Below are positions 26,402 to 36,636 of a DNA stretch of 36,636 nt, piece after piece. Within the stretch, counting starts at the first letter, position 1; each line of letters starts with the position of its first letter. The translations under genes and the position numbers were made by a program. Below the pieces are notes generated by a model. It was given only the letters and a program-made list of their open reading frames with translations. It was not told the DNA's origin and did no database searches. The DNA is from Myxococcales bacterium (GTDB taxonomy: Bacteria; Myxococcota_A; UBA9042; JABWCM01; BTVJ01), in the NCBI GenBank assembly GCA_045863395.1, contig BTVJ01000071.1:1-36636 (forward strand), given 5' to 3'.

Positions 26402-29400
26402 ATGAACCACGACCTGTTCGGAACGCACACGCAGGAGCCTGCACCCCAGGCGCCCACCCCCCAGGCAGAGGCGCGGCCCCACACCACTGCCGGCGACGCC
26501 GCGAAGCCGCAGAAGCCGGCCCGCAAGGCGCGGGGCCGCAAGAAGGGGGTCGAGGGGGGCCTCCGCATCCCCCGGCGCTTCACGCGGGCGGGGGTCAACC
26601 CGCTGGACGAGGTGCGCTACGAGCGCCGCACGTCCCGCATCACCAACCCGGACGGCAGCGTCGTGTTCGAGATGAACGACGCGGAGATCCCCGCCGACTG
26701 GAGCCAGCTCGCCACGGACATCATGGTGTCCAAGTACTTCCGCAAGGCGGGCGTCCCGCAGACGGACGACCGCGGCCAGCTCGCGCGCGACGAGAACGGC
26801 GCGCCGGTGCTCGGCCCCGAGCGCAGCGTGCGCCAGGTCATCGGGCGCCTCGTCGGGTGCTGGCGCCGCTGGGGCGAGGAGCACGGCTACTTCCGCGCGA
26901 CGGAGGACGCCGACGCCTTCGAGGCGGAGCTGGCCTACATGCTGGTCACCCAGATGGCGGCGCCCAACTCGCCCCAGTGGTTCAACACGGGCCTGCACGA
27001 GGCCTACGGCCTGACCGGCCCCGCGCAAGGCCACTACTACGTGGATCCGGCGACGGGCGACGTCCGCGAGAGCACCGACGCCTACACGCACCCCCAGCCC
27101 CACGCCTGCTTCATCCAGTCGGTGCGCGACGACCTGGTCGGCGACGGCGGCATCATGGACCTGTGGACCCGCGAGGCGCGCCTGTTCAAGTACGGCAGCG
27201 GCACGGGGACCAACTTCTCCAACATCCGCGGCGAGGGCGAGCCCCTGTCCGGCGGTGGGGTCTCCAGCGGCCTGATGAGCTTCTTGAAGATCGGCGACCG
27301 GGCGGCCGCGGCGATCAAGTCCGGCGGCACCACGCGCCGCGCGGCCAAGATGGTCTGCCTCGACCTGGATCACCCGGACATCGTCGAGTTCGTGAACTGG
27401 AAGGTGAAGGAAGAGAAGAAGGTCGCCGCGCTCATCGAGGCCGGCTACTCCCACGACTTCAACGGAGACGCCTACCAGACCGTCAGCGGCCAGAACTCCA
27501 ACAACTCGGTGCGCGTCCCCGCCCGCTTCCTGGAGCGGGTCGACGCGAAGGGCACCTGGGACCTCACGCGGCGCACCGACGGCAAGGTGGCGAAGACCCT
27601 GGACGCGAACGACCTCTGGCAGCAGATCTGCCACGCGGCCTGGGCGTGCGCGGACCCGGGGGTCCAGTTCGACGACACGATCAACGACTGGCACACCTGC
27701 CCGGGCGACGGCCGCATCCGCGCGTCCAACCCGTGCAGCGAGTACATGTTCCTCGACGACACGGCCTGCAACCTGGCGAGCATCAACCTGCTGCGCTTCT
27801 TCGACGACGCGTCGGCGCGCTTCGACCTGGACGGCCTGGCCCACGCCTGCCGCCTGTGGACCGTCGTGCTCGAGATCAGCGTGCTGATGGCCCAGTACCC
27901 GTCGCCGACCATCGCGCGCATGTCCTACGAGTACCGGACCCTCGGGCTCGGCTACGCCAACCTGGGCACCGTGCTCATGCGCATGGGGATCCCCTACGAC
28001 AGCGGCAAGGCGCGCGCCATCTCTGGCGCCGTGACGGCAGTGATGTGCGGCGAGTCCTACGCGGCGAGCGCCGAGCTGGCCGCCGAGCTCGGGCCCTTCC
28101 CGCGCTTCGAGGCGAACCGGGAGGCGATGCTCCGCGTGATCCGCAACCACCGGCGCGCCGCCTGGAATGCGCCCCCGTCGGACTACGAGGGGTTGTCCAT
28201 CCCCCCAGTGGGCGTCGACCCGGGGCTCTGCCCGAGGGACCTGCTCGCGGCGGCGCGAGCCGCATGGGACCGGGCGCTGGCGCTGGGCGAGGAGCACGGC
28301 TACCGCAACGCCCAGACCACGGTCATCGCGCCGACTGGCACCATCGGCCTCCTGATGGACTGCGACACGACCGGGGTCGAGCCGGACTTCGCGCTGGTCA
28401 AGTTCAAGAAGCTGGCAGGCGGAGGCTACTTCAAGATCATCAACAAGAGCGTGGGGCCGGCGCTGCACAACCTGGGCTACTCGGAGAGCCAGGTCGAGGA
28501 CATCGTGCGGTACGTGCGAGGGTCGCTGACCCTGGACGGGGCGCCCCACGTCAACCGGGAGGCGCTTCTGTCGAGGGGGCTCCTGCCGAGCGACGTGGCG
28601 CGCATCGAGGCCGCCCTGCCGACGGTCTTCGAGCTGGGCTTCGCCTTCGCCCCACAGGCGCTGGGCGAGGCGGCCCTGAAGCGCCTCGGCCTGGACGCGG
28701 GGTGCCGCGACGTGCTCTCCGCGCTGGGGTTCACGGCGGAGCAGGTCGAGGAGGCCAACGAGCACGTGTGCGGCACGCTGACCATCGAGGGCGCGCCGCA
28801 CCTGCGGCAGGAGCACGTCGCGGTGTTCGACTGCGCCAACCGCTGCGGCACGAAGGGCAAGCGGTTCATCCACCACACGGGCCACATCCGCATGATGGCG
28901 GCGGCGCAGCCCTTCATCTCCGGGGCGATCAGCAAGACGATCAACATGCCCAACGAGGTGACGGAGGAGGACATCGCGGACGCCTACTGGATGAGCTGGA
29001 AGCTCGGCCTCAAGGCGACGGCGCTGTACCGGGACGGCAGCAAGAAGAGCCAGCCCCTGTCCGCCAAGGGCGACAAGAAGGAGAAGGCGGAGAAGGCCCC
29101 TGAGGAGGCCCCGAAGGCGGCGGCCGCTCCCGTCGCCGAGGCGCCGGCCTTCACGCCCGCCCCTGTCGCGGCCCCCGCGCCCTTCCGCCGGCCCATGCCG
29201 AAGAAGCGGCGCGGCTTCACCCAGGAGACCAAGGTCGGCGGGCAGAAGGTCTACGTGCGCACGGGCGAGTACGACGATGGGGCGCTCGGAGAGATCTTCA
29301 TCGACATGCACAAGGAGGGCGCCGCCTTCCGCAGCATGATGAACTGCTTCGCCATCGCCGTGTCCAAGGGGCTCCAGTACGGCGTACCGCTCGGTGAGTT

Positions 29401-29839
29401 CGTCGACACCTTCACCTTCACCCGCTTCGAGCCGCAAGGCCGCGTCGATCACCCGAACATCAAGTTCGCGACCTCCATCGTGGACTACGTGTTCCGGCTG
29501 CTCGGCATGGAGTACCTGGGCCGGACGGACATCGTGCAGGTCCCGCCGGAGGTGGTCGAGGAGGAGGCGCTCGCCCACCACGAGACCGTCCCGAGCGTGG
29601 TGCCCGCGGCGCCGAAGCCGGCCCCGAACGGCAACGGCAAGGCCAACGGCAATGGCAAGGCGAAGGCCGCCGGCCACGAGGGCGCGGTGCACGACCCGGC
29701 GCCCGCCTTCCAGCTCAGCGACCACCTGAGCACGATGATGGGCGACGCGCCCTTCTGCGACGTCTGCGGGCACATCACCGTGCGAAATGGCGCCTGCTAC
29801 AAGTGCCTCAACTGCGGCAACTCCATGGGGTGCTCATAG
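26402..29839 (+). CDS. nrdJ: Class II (adenosylcobalamin-dependent) ribonucleotide reductase with fused TSCPD domain and C-terminal Zn-ribbon
   Basis: [76 protein letters not shown]-type [18 protein letters not shown], and C-terminal CDVCG...[14 protein letters not shown]. Confidence 0.98.
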   Translation: MNHDLFGTHTQEPAPQAPTPQAEARPHTTAGDAAKPQKPARKARGRKKGVEGGLRIPRRFTRAGVNPLDEVRYERRTSRITNPDGSVVFEMNDAEIPADWSQLATDIMVSKYFRKAGVPQTDDRGQLARDENGAPVLGPERSVRQVIGRLVGCWRRWGEEHGYFRATEDADAFEAELAYMLVTQMAAPNSPQWFNTGLHEAYGLTGPAQGHYYVDPATGDVRESTDAYTHPQPHACFIQSVRDDLVGDGGIMDLWTREARLFKYGSGTGTNFSNIRGEGEPLSGGGVSSGLMSFLKIGDRAAAAIKSGGTTRRAAKMVCLDLDHPDIVEFVNWKVKEEKKVAALIEAGYSHDFNGDAYQTVSGQNSNNSVRVPARFLERVDAKGTWDLTRRTDGKVAKTLDANDLWQQICHAAWACADPGVQFDDTINDWHTCPGDGRIRASNPCSEYMFLDDTACNLASINLLRFFDDASARFDLDGLAHACRLWTVVLEISVLMAQYPSPTIARMSYEYRTLGLGYANLGTVLMRMGIPYDSGKARAISGAVTAVMCGESYAASAELAAELGPFPRFEANREAMLRVIRNHRRAAWNAPPSDYEGLSIPPVGVDPGLCPRDLLAAARAAWDRALALGEEHGYRNAQTTVIAPTGTIGLLMDCDTTGVEPDFALVKFKKLAGGGYFKIINKSVGPALHNLGYSESQVEDIVRYVRGSLTLDGAPHVNREALLSRGLLPSDVARIEAALPTVFELGFAFAPQALGEAALKRLGLDAGCRDVLSALGFTAEQVEEANEHVCGTLTIEGAPHLRQEHVAVFDCANRCGTKGKRFIHHTGHIRMMAAAQPFISGAISKTINMPNEVTEEDIADAYWMSWKLGLKATALYRDGSKKSQPLSAKGDKKEKAEKAPEEAPKAAAAPVAEAPAFTPAPVAAPAPFRRPMPKKRRGFTQETKVGGQKVYVRTGEYDDGALGEIFIDMHKEGAAFRSMMNCFAIAVSKGLQYGVPLGEFVDTFTFTRFEPQGRVDHPNIKFATSIVDYVFRLLGMEYLGRTDIVQVPPEVVEEEALAHHETVPSVVPAAPKPAPNGNGKANGNGKAKAAGHEGAVHDPAPAFQLSDHLSTMMGDAPFCDVCGHITVRNGACYKCLNCGNSMGCS

Positions 29840-29926
29840 AGCTGTCAGCGAGCGGCTCTCGGCGGTCAGCACGGACCGGGCTTGAGCCCTGCCGGCTGAC
29901 CGCTGACGGCCGAGCGCTGACGGCTC
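29839..29926. repeat. Long imperfect inverted repeat (REP-like/terminator-like) built from GTCAGC/GCTGAC units
   Basis: GAGCTGTCAGCG (29839-29850) pairs with CGCTGACGGCTC (29915-29926). GGCGGTCAGC (29861-29870) pairs with GCTGACCGCT (29895-29904). Inner GGGCT-TG-AGCCC. Starts at the nrdJ stop codon. Confidence 0.7.
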
Positions 29927-29999
29927 CCTCCTGACGCATCGCGTCACCAAGGCGCGCGCCTCCCCCGTCTCCCCGGCCTCCCAAGCGCGTCGGAGGCGG

Positions 30000-30028
30000 T
30001 TGACACCGCCTGGGGCGTGTGCTAGCGA
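30000..30028 (+). promoter_or_regulatory. Putative sigma70 promoter of the atp operon
   Basis: TTGACA (30000-30005), 17 nt ending in TGC, TAGCGA (30023-30028), about 100 nt before atpF'. Confidence 0.6.
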
Positions 30029-30126
30029 TACGCGCGATTTTGGCCGGGACCCCTCTCGGGCACCGGCTTGTCGCGACCCGAACCACCCGAGCGCGAGCCC
30101 CTGCGAGGGGGCCGTCGAGCCAACTG

Positions 30127-30594
30127 ATGCAGACAGACGCCCTGATGCAGCTCCAGCAAGCCGGCCTCGTCGATGTGGACGCATCGATCTTCTTCCAGGC
30201 CGTCATCTTCCTCGTGACGGTGCTCACGCTGAACGCGCTGGTGTTCCGCCCGCTCCAGAAGGTGGTGGACCTCCGCTACGCCAAGATCCAGGGCACCATC
30301 GCCGAGGCGAAGCGCACTGAGAAGGACGCGGCGGACCGGGTGGCGCGGTGGGAGGCCCAGATCGTGGAGGCCCGGCGCCAGGGCACCGATCGCCAGCGCG
30401 AGATTCGGGACCGGGCGGCCGCCCGCGCCAGCGAGATCACCGCCGAGGGCAGCCGCACTGCCGAGTCGAAGCTCAATGAGATGATGCCGCGGCTGACGAA
30501 CGCCTACGAGTCCTCGCGCGTGACCCTGAAGAACCGTGCCGAGAGCCTGGCCGCGCTGATCGCGGATCGGGTCCTCGAGCCGCCGAAGCGCTGA
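30127..30594 (+). CDS. atpF: ATP synthase F0 subunit b'
   Basis: DVDASIFFQAVIFLVTVLTLNALVFRPLQKVVDLRYAKIQG, one TM helix plus coiled coil. First of two b paralogs. Confidence 0.9.
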   Translation: MQTDALMQLQQAGLVDVDASIFFQAVIFLVTVLTLNALVFRPLQKVVDLRYAKIQGTIAEAKRTEKDAADRVARWEAQIVEARRQGTDRQREIRDRAAARASEITAEGSRTAESKLNEMMPRLTNAYESSRVTLKNRAESLAALIADRVLEPPKR

Positions 30595-30605
30595 GGAGCC
30601 ACCCG

Positions 30606-31202
30606 ATGAACATCAGGAACCTGCTCTTCGCGCTCGCCCTGCTCACCCCGGCGACGGCCCTGGCCGCCGGCGGCCACGGGTTCGAGTGGTCCGTCCACGG
30701 CCTCTACATCATCGACTTCCTGGTGCTCCTCGCGATCATCGTGTGGTTCGCCCGCCGCCCCATGAGGGTCTGGCTGGAGGAGCGGGCAAAGCAGGTCCAG
30801 CACGAGATCGAGGAGGCCCGCAAGCTGCGCGTGGCCGCCGAGGAGCGCCTCACCGAGTACGAGAGGCGCCTGGCCGCCCTCGAGGTGGAGCAGAAGCGCA
30901 TCCTCGACGACTTCGTGACCGCAGGGGAGCGGGAGCGGGACCGGATCATCCGCGAGGCCGAGCAGACGGCGCGCAAGATGGTCGCCGACGCAGAGCGCCG
31001 CATCGGCCAGGAGGGCAAGCGCCTCCAGGAGGCGCTGGAGCACGAGGCCGTCGACCTGGCGGTCAGCATGAGCGAGGCCGTCATCCGCCAGCGGCTCAAG
31101 CCCGACGTCCAGCAGCGCATGATCACCGACTACATCGCGGGCCTCGAGTCCGGAGACGTGATGCGAGGCCGCTCCGGCAAGGACGTCTTCACCAACGCCT
31201 GA
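30606..31202 (+). CDS. atpF: ATP synthase F0 subunit b
   Basis: Signal-like N-terminus plus AAGGHG, IIDFLVLLAIIVWFARRPMRVWLEERAKQV, coiled coil, QQRMITDYI. Confidence 0.92.
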   Translation: MNIRNLLFALALLTPATALAAGGHGFEWSVHGLYIIDFLVLLAIIVWFARRPMRVWLEERAKQVQHEIEEARKLRVAAEERLTEYERRLAALEVEQKRILDDFVTAGERERDRIIREAEQTARKMVADAERRIGQEGKRLQEALEHEAVDLAVSMSEAVIRQRLKPDVQQRMITDYIAGLESGDVMRGRSGKDVFTNA

Positions 31203-31232
31203 TCCCGGGCCCGACCCAGAAGAGAGCCGAGC

Positions 31233-31778
31233 ATGTTGATCTCAGGCAAGCACGCGAAGCGGTACGCCCAGGCGTTGCTGGAGCTGTGCGACGAGGATCA
31301 GAGCCACGCGCGTATCCAGCGCGACCTGCAGAAGTTCGTGGGCGTCTACGAGGAGTCCGCGGACCTGCGAGGCTCCCTGGCGAACCCGAGCATCTCGCTG
31401 GAGGCCAAGAGGGCGATCATCGACGACCTGCTCAAGCGCCAGATCGCCAACCGCATCAGCCGCAACTTCCTGATGTTGCTGCTGGACCGCGGGCGCATCA
31501 CGCTCGTGCCCGAGATCGTCGCCGAGTTCGTCCACCGCATCGACCAGAAGGCCGGGCGCCTGCGCGCCGAGGTCACGAGCGCCGTGCCGCTCTCGTCCAT
31601 CGACTCCTCGCGCATCCAGCGCGCCCTGGAGCAGATGACGGGCAAGAAGGTCTCCGTGGAGGCGCGGGTGGACGCGGGGCTCATCGGCGGCGTCGTCACG
31701 CGCATCGGCCACGTGGTGCTCGACGGCAGCGTCAGGAATCAGATCGACACCATGCGGGAGCACCTGCTCCACCGCTGA
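31233..31778 (+). CDS. atpH: ATP synthase F1 subunit delta
   Basis: [54 protein letters not shown]. Confidence 0.97.
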   Translation: MLISGKHAKRYAQALLELCDEDQSHARIQRDLQKFVGVYEESADLRGSLANPSISLEAKRAIIDDLLKRQIANRISRNFLMLLLDRGRITLVPEIVAEFVHRIDQKAGRLRAEVTSAVPLSSIDSSRIQRALEQMTGKKVSVEARVDAGLIGGVVTRIGHVVLDGSVRNQIDTMREHLLHR

Positions 31779-31815
31779 ACTCCGGGGTCTCTCCCGAAAC
31801 CGAGGAAGTCGCTCG

Positions 31816-33330
<1,515 letters not shown>

Positions 33331-33373
33331 GTCCCCCACCCCGGGTGGAGGCCGCGGCGCGAGTGGAGCCCGA

Positions 33374-34252
33374 ATGGCGAACCTGAAGGACATCCGGAGG
33401 CGCATCACCTCCGTCAAGAACACGCGCCAGATCACGCGCGCCATGAAGATGGTGGCCGCGGCGAAGCTGCGCCGGTCGCAGGAGCGCATCCTCGAGGCGC
33501 GCCCCTACGCCTACCGCCTGCGGGACATGATCTGGGAGATCAGCCAACGCGCCGACCACGCCGATCACCCGCTCCTGGCCGTGAGGGCGCCCAAGAAGGT
33601 GCTCCTGCTCGTGCTGACGAGTGATCGCGGTCTGGCAGGCGCCTTCAACTCCAACATCAACAAGCGCACCGAGCTCTACCTCCGCGAGAACGTGGAGGTC
33701 CACGAGGAGATGCGCCTGTCGATCATCGGCCGCAAGGGGCGCGACTACTTCAAGCGCCGCTCCTGGCCCGTCGACCGCCTCTACATGGACGTCCTGACGG
33801 ACCCGACGCTGGAGAAGGCGGCCGCCATCGGCCGCGATCTCATCGTCGACTTCCAGGACAAGGGCCTCGACGCCGTCTACATGGTCTACAACGAGTTCAA
33901 GAACGCGATCACCCAGAAGGTGACCGTGGAGCAGCTCCTGCCGGTGGTGCCGGAGGACGCAGGCTCCCCGAGAGCTGAGGCGGCGGGCGGCGCCGACTTC
34001 ATCTATGAGCCCGACAAGCGGGCCATCCTCGACGCGTCGCTGCCGCTCCACATCAACGTGCAGATCTACCGAGCGATCCTCGAGTCCATCGCCAGCGAGA
34101 TGGGCGCCCGCATGTCGGCCATGGACGCGGCGACGCGCAACGCCGGCGAGCTGATCTCCAAGCTGACCCTCGAGTACAACCGCGTGCGTCAGGCGGCCAT
34201 CACGAAGGAGATGCTCGAGATCGTGGGCGGCGCCGAGGCGCTGAAGGGCTGA
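33374..34252 (+). CDS. atpG: ATP synthase F1 subunit gamma
   Basis: IRRRITSVKNTRQITRAMKMVAAAKL, TSDRGLAGAFN, SEMGARMSAMDAATRNA, RQAAITKE. Confidence 0.99.
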   Translation: MANLKDIRRRITSVKNTRQITRAMKMVAAAKLRRSQERILEARPYAYRLRDMIWEISQRADHADHPLLAVRAPKKVLLLVLTSDRGLAGAFNSNINKRTELYLRENVEVHEEMRLSIIGRKGRDYFKRRSWPVDRLYMDVLTDPTLEKAAAIGRDLIVDFQDKGLDAVYMVYNEFKNAITQKVTVEQLLPVVPEDAGSPRAEAAGGADFIYEPDKRAILDASLPLHINVQIYRAILESIASEMGARMSAMDAATRNAGELISKLTLEYNRVRQAAITKEMLEIVGGAEALKG

Positions 34253-34312
34253 CGAAGGGCGCGTTCATACGAAGACATCGACGCGGGCACGGCACCGCCG
34301 AAACCAGGGTGA

Positions 34313-35740
<1,428 letters not shown>

Positions 35741-35752
35741 GCAGGGGGCGTC

Positions 35753-36151
35753 ATGCGGATCCAGGTAGTCACGCCCCACGGCACGGTGCTGGACGAGGAC
35801 GTCCAGGAGGTCACCGTCCCCGGCGTGGTCGGCGAGCTCGGCATCCTCCCGGGCCACCTCCCGATCATCACCGCCCTCGACATCGGCGTGCTCTCCGTGC
35901 GCAGCGGCAGCGAGCGCCGCACCTACGCGGTCAACGGCGGCTTCCTGGAGATGGCCCAGGACAAGGTCATCGTCGTGACGGAGACCGCCGAGGAGGCGAG
36001 CACCATCGACGTCGCGCGCGCCGAGGCCGCCCGCAAGCGCGCCGAAGACGACCTCAAGCACCACGCCACCGGCAGCGCGGAGTACGAGACCGTGCGCCTC
36101 GCCCTCAAGCGGGCGGCGACGCGGCTCAAGGCGGCGCGCGCGGGGAAGTAA
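35753..36151 (+). CDS. atpC: ATP synthase F1 subunit epsilon
   Basis: VVTPHG, PGVVGELGILPGHLP, VNGGFLE, IDVARAEAARKRAE, ALKRAATRL. Confidence 0.98.
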   Translation: MRIQVVTPHGTVLDEDVQEVTVPGVVGELGILPGHLPIITALDIGVLSVRSGSERRTYAVNGGFLEMAQDKVIVVTETAEEASTIDVARAEAARKRAEDDLKHHATGSAEYETVRLALKRAATRLKAARAGK

Positions 36152-36184
36152 AGGGGCACGACGGCTCCCGTCCGTGCTGTCCTT
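36152..36184 (+). terminator. Hairpin immediately after atpC, possible terminator
   Basis: GCACG-ACGG-CTC-CCGT-C-CGTGC stem with flanking AAGG/CCTT. Only a weak U-tail. Confidence 0.35.
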
Positions 36185-36200
36185 CGCCGTCGAGGGACCC

Positions 36201-36586
36201 ATGCGCTGGAGCCACGAGCCCGACGAGCGACCCAAGAGAGGGCACCACTGGGATCGCTCCGAGGCAAGGTTCCACGAGCTGCCCGCCGGCGAGGTCGTGG
36301 GAAAGTGCCCCTCCACACTGTCGCTGGCGGACGCGCAGCTCCTCCTCGACGAGGCGGTCCGGTGGCAGGAGTCTCGCTGGCCGGGACCACACCCCTCGCG
36401 CCTGTATTCGGTGCATGAGGGCGTGCTCTACCGCGCCACACCCACGGTGCCCGGGCGCTCCTACCACGGCTTCCCCGAGCACCCGGACCGGTCTCCGCGA
36501 GCGCTTCGGGGTCAGCGCGGAGATCGTCGCCTGGCGGGCCCGTAACAGCGGGATCGACCTGTCCAGACCCGTGATGGACTGGCTAA
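36201..36586 (+). pseudogene. Hypothetical protein, probably frameshifted near 36505-36511
   Basis: GAGGGA RBS, ATG 36201. Protein-like PKRGHHW...VVGKCP...AQLLLDEAV...PSRLYSVHEGVLYRATPTVPGRSYHGFPE. The frame then decays to GQRGDRRLAGP*, while the +1 frame reads VSAEIVAWRARNSGIDLSRPVMDWLR. Confidence 0.5.
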
Positions 36587-36636
36587 GAGGGTGTATTCAA
36601 AATGGCCCGTCGCGAGCGCGTGGGCGCGCCCGCATG

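Noticed and set aside
26402..29839. Intein or intron in nrdJ explaining its 1145-aa length
   Set aside because: No C/S...HN splice motifs or LAGLIDADG blocks. The length is explained by the usual insertion region, the fused TSCPD domain and low-complexity linkers.

Overview
High-GC (~70%) chromosomal region, most likely from a Myxococcota/deltaproteobacterium (MYXO-CTERM-like sorting tail, Cys-rich surface proteins, atp operon lacking atpB/atpE). It is mostly housekeeping: a minus-strand run (large Cys-rich lipoprotein, small hypothetical, YitJ-type HMT/MTHFR, Zn-ribbon protein, cinA, thpR, recA, start of alaS); mfd followed by two parvulin PPIases and a GH57-like lipoprotein; an M16 peptidase pair; an ArsA/Get3-like ATPase; class II RNR nrdJ; and atpF'-F-H-A-G-D-C. 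The strongest non-obvious signal is a multidomain lipoprotein (24134-26047) that the ORF track splits in two. Its in-frame TGA sits at the first position of a thioredoxin-type UxxC motif (U-P-T-C) and is followed by a bacterial SECIS-like hairpin, so it is a candidate selenoprotein with a propeller + Ig-like + redox architecture. Other leads: a LexA box in the recA promoter; tandem NrdR boxes, a phased DnaA-like array and an SD-occluding leader upstream of nrdJ; a consensus sigma54 promoter ahead of an uncalled 48-aa ORF; an orphan PqqD/RRE gene coupled to a 25-Cys MYXO-CTERM protein; and a probably frameshifted gene beside a possible IS/MITE end at the right edge. All assignments are from manual motif reading; no database searches were run.
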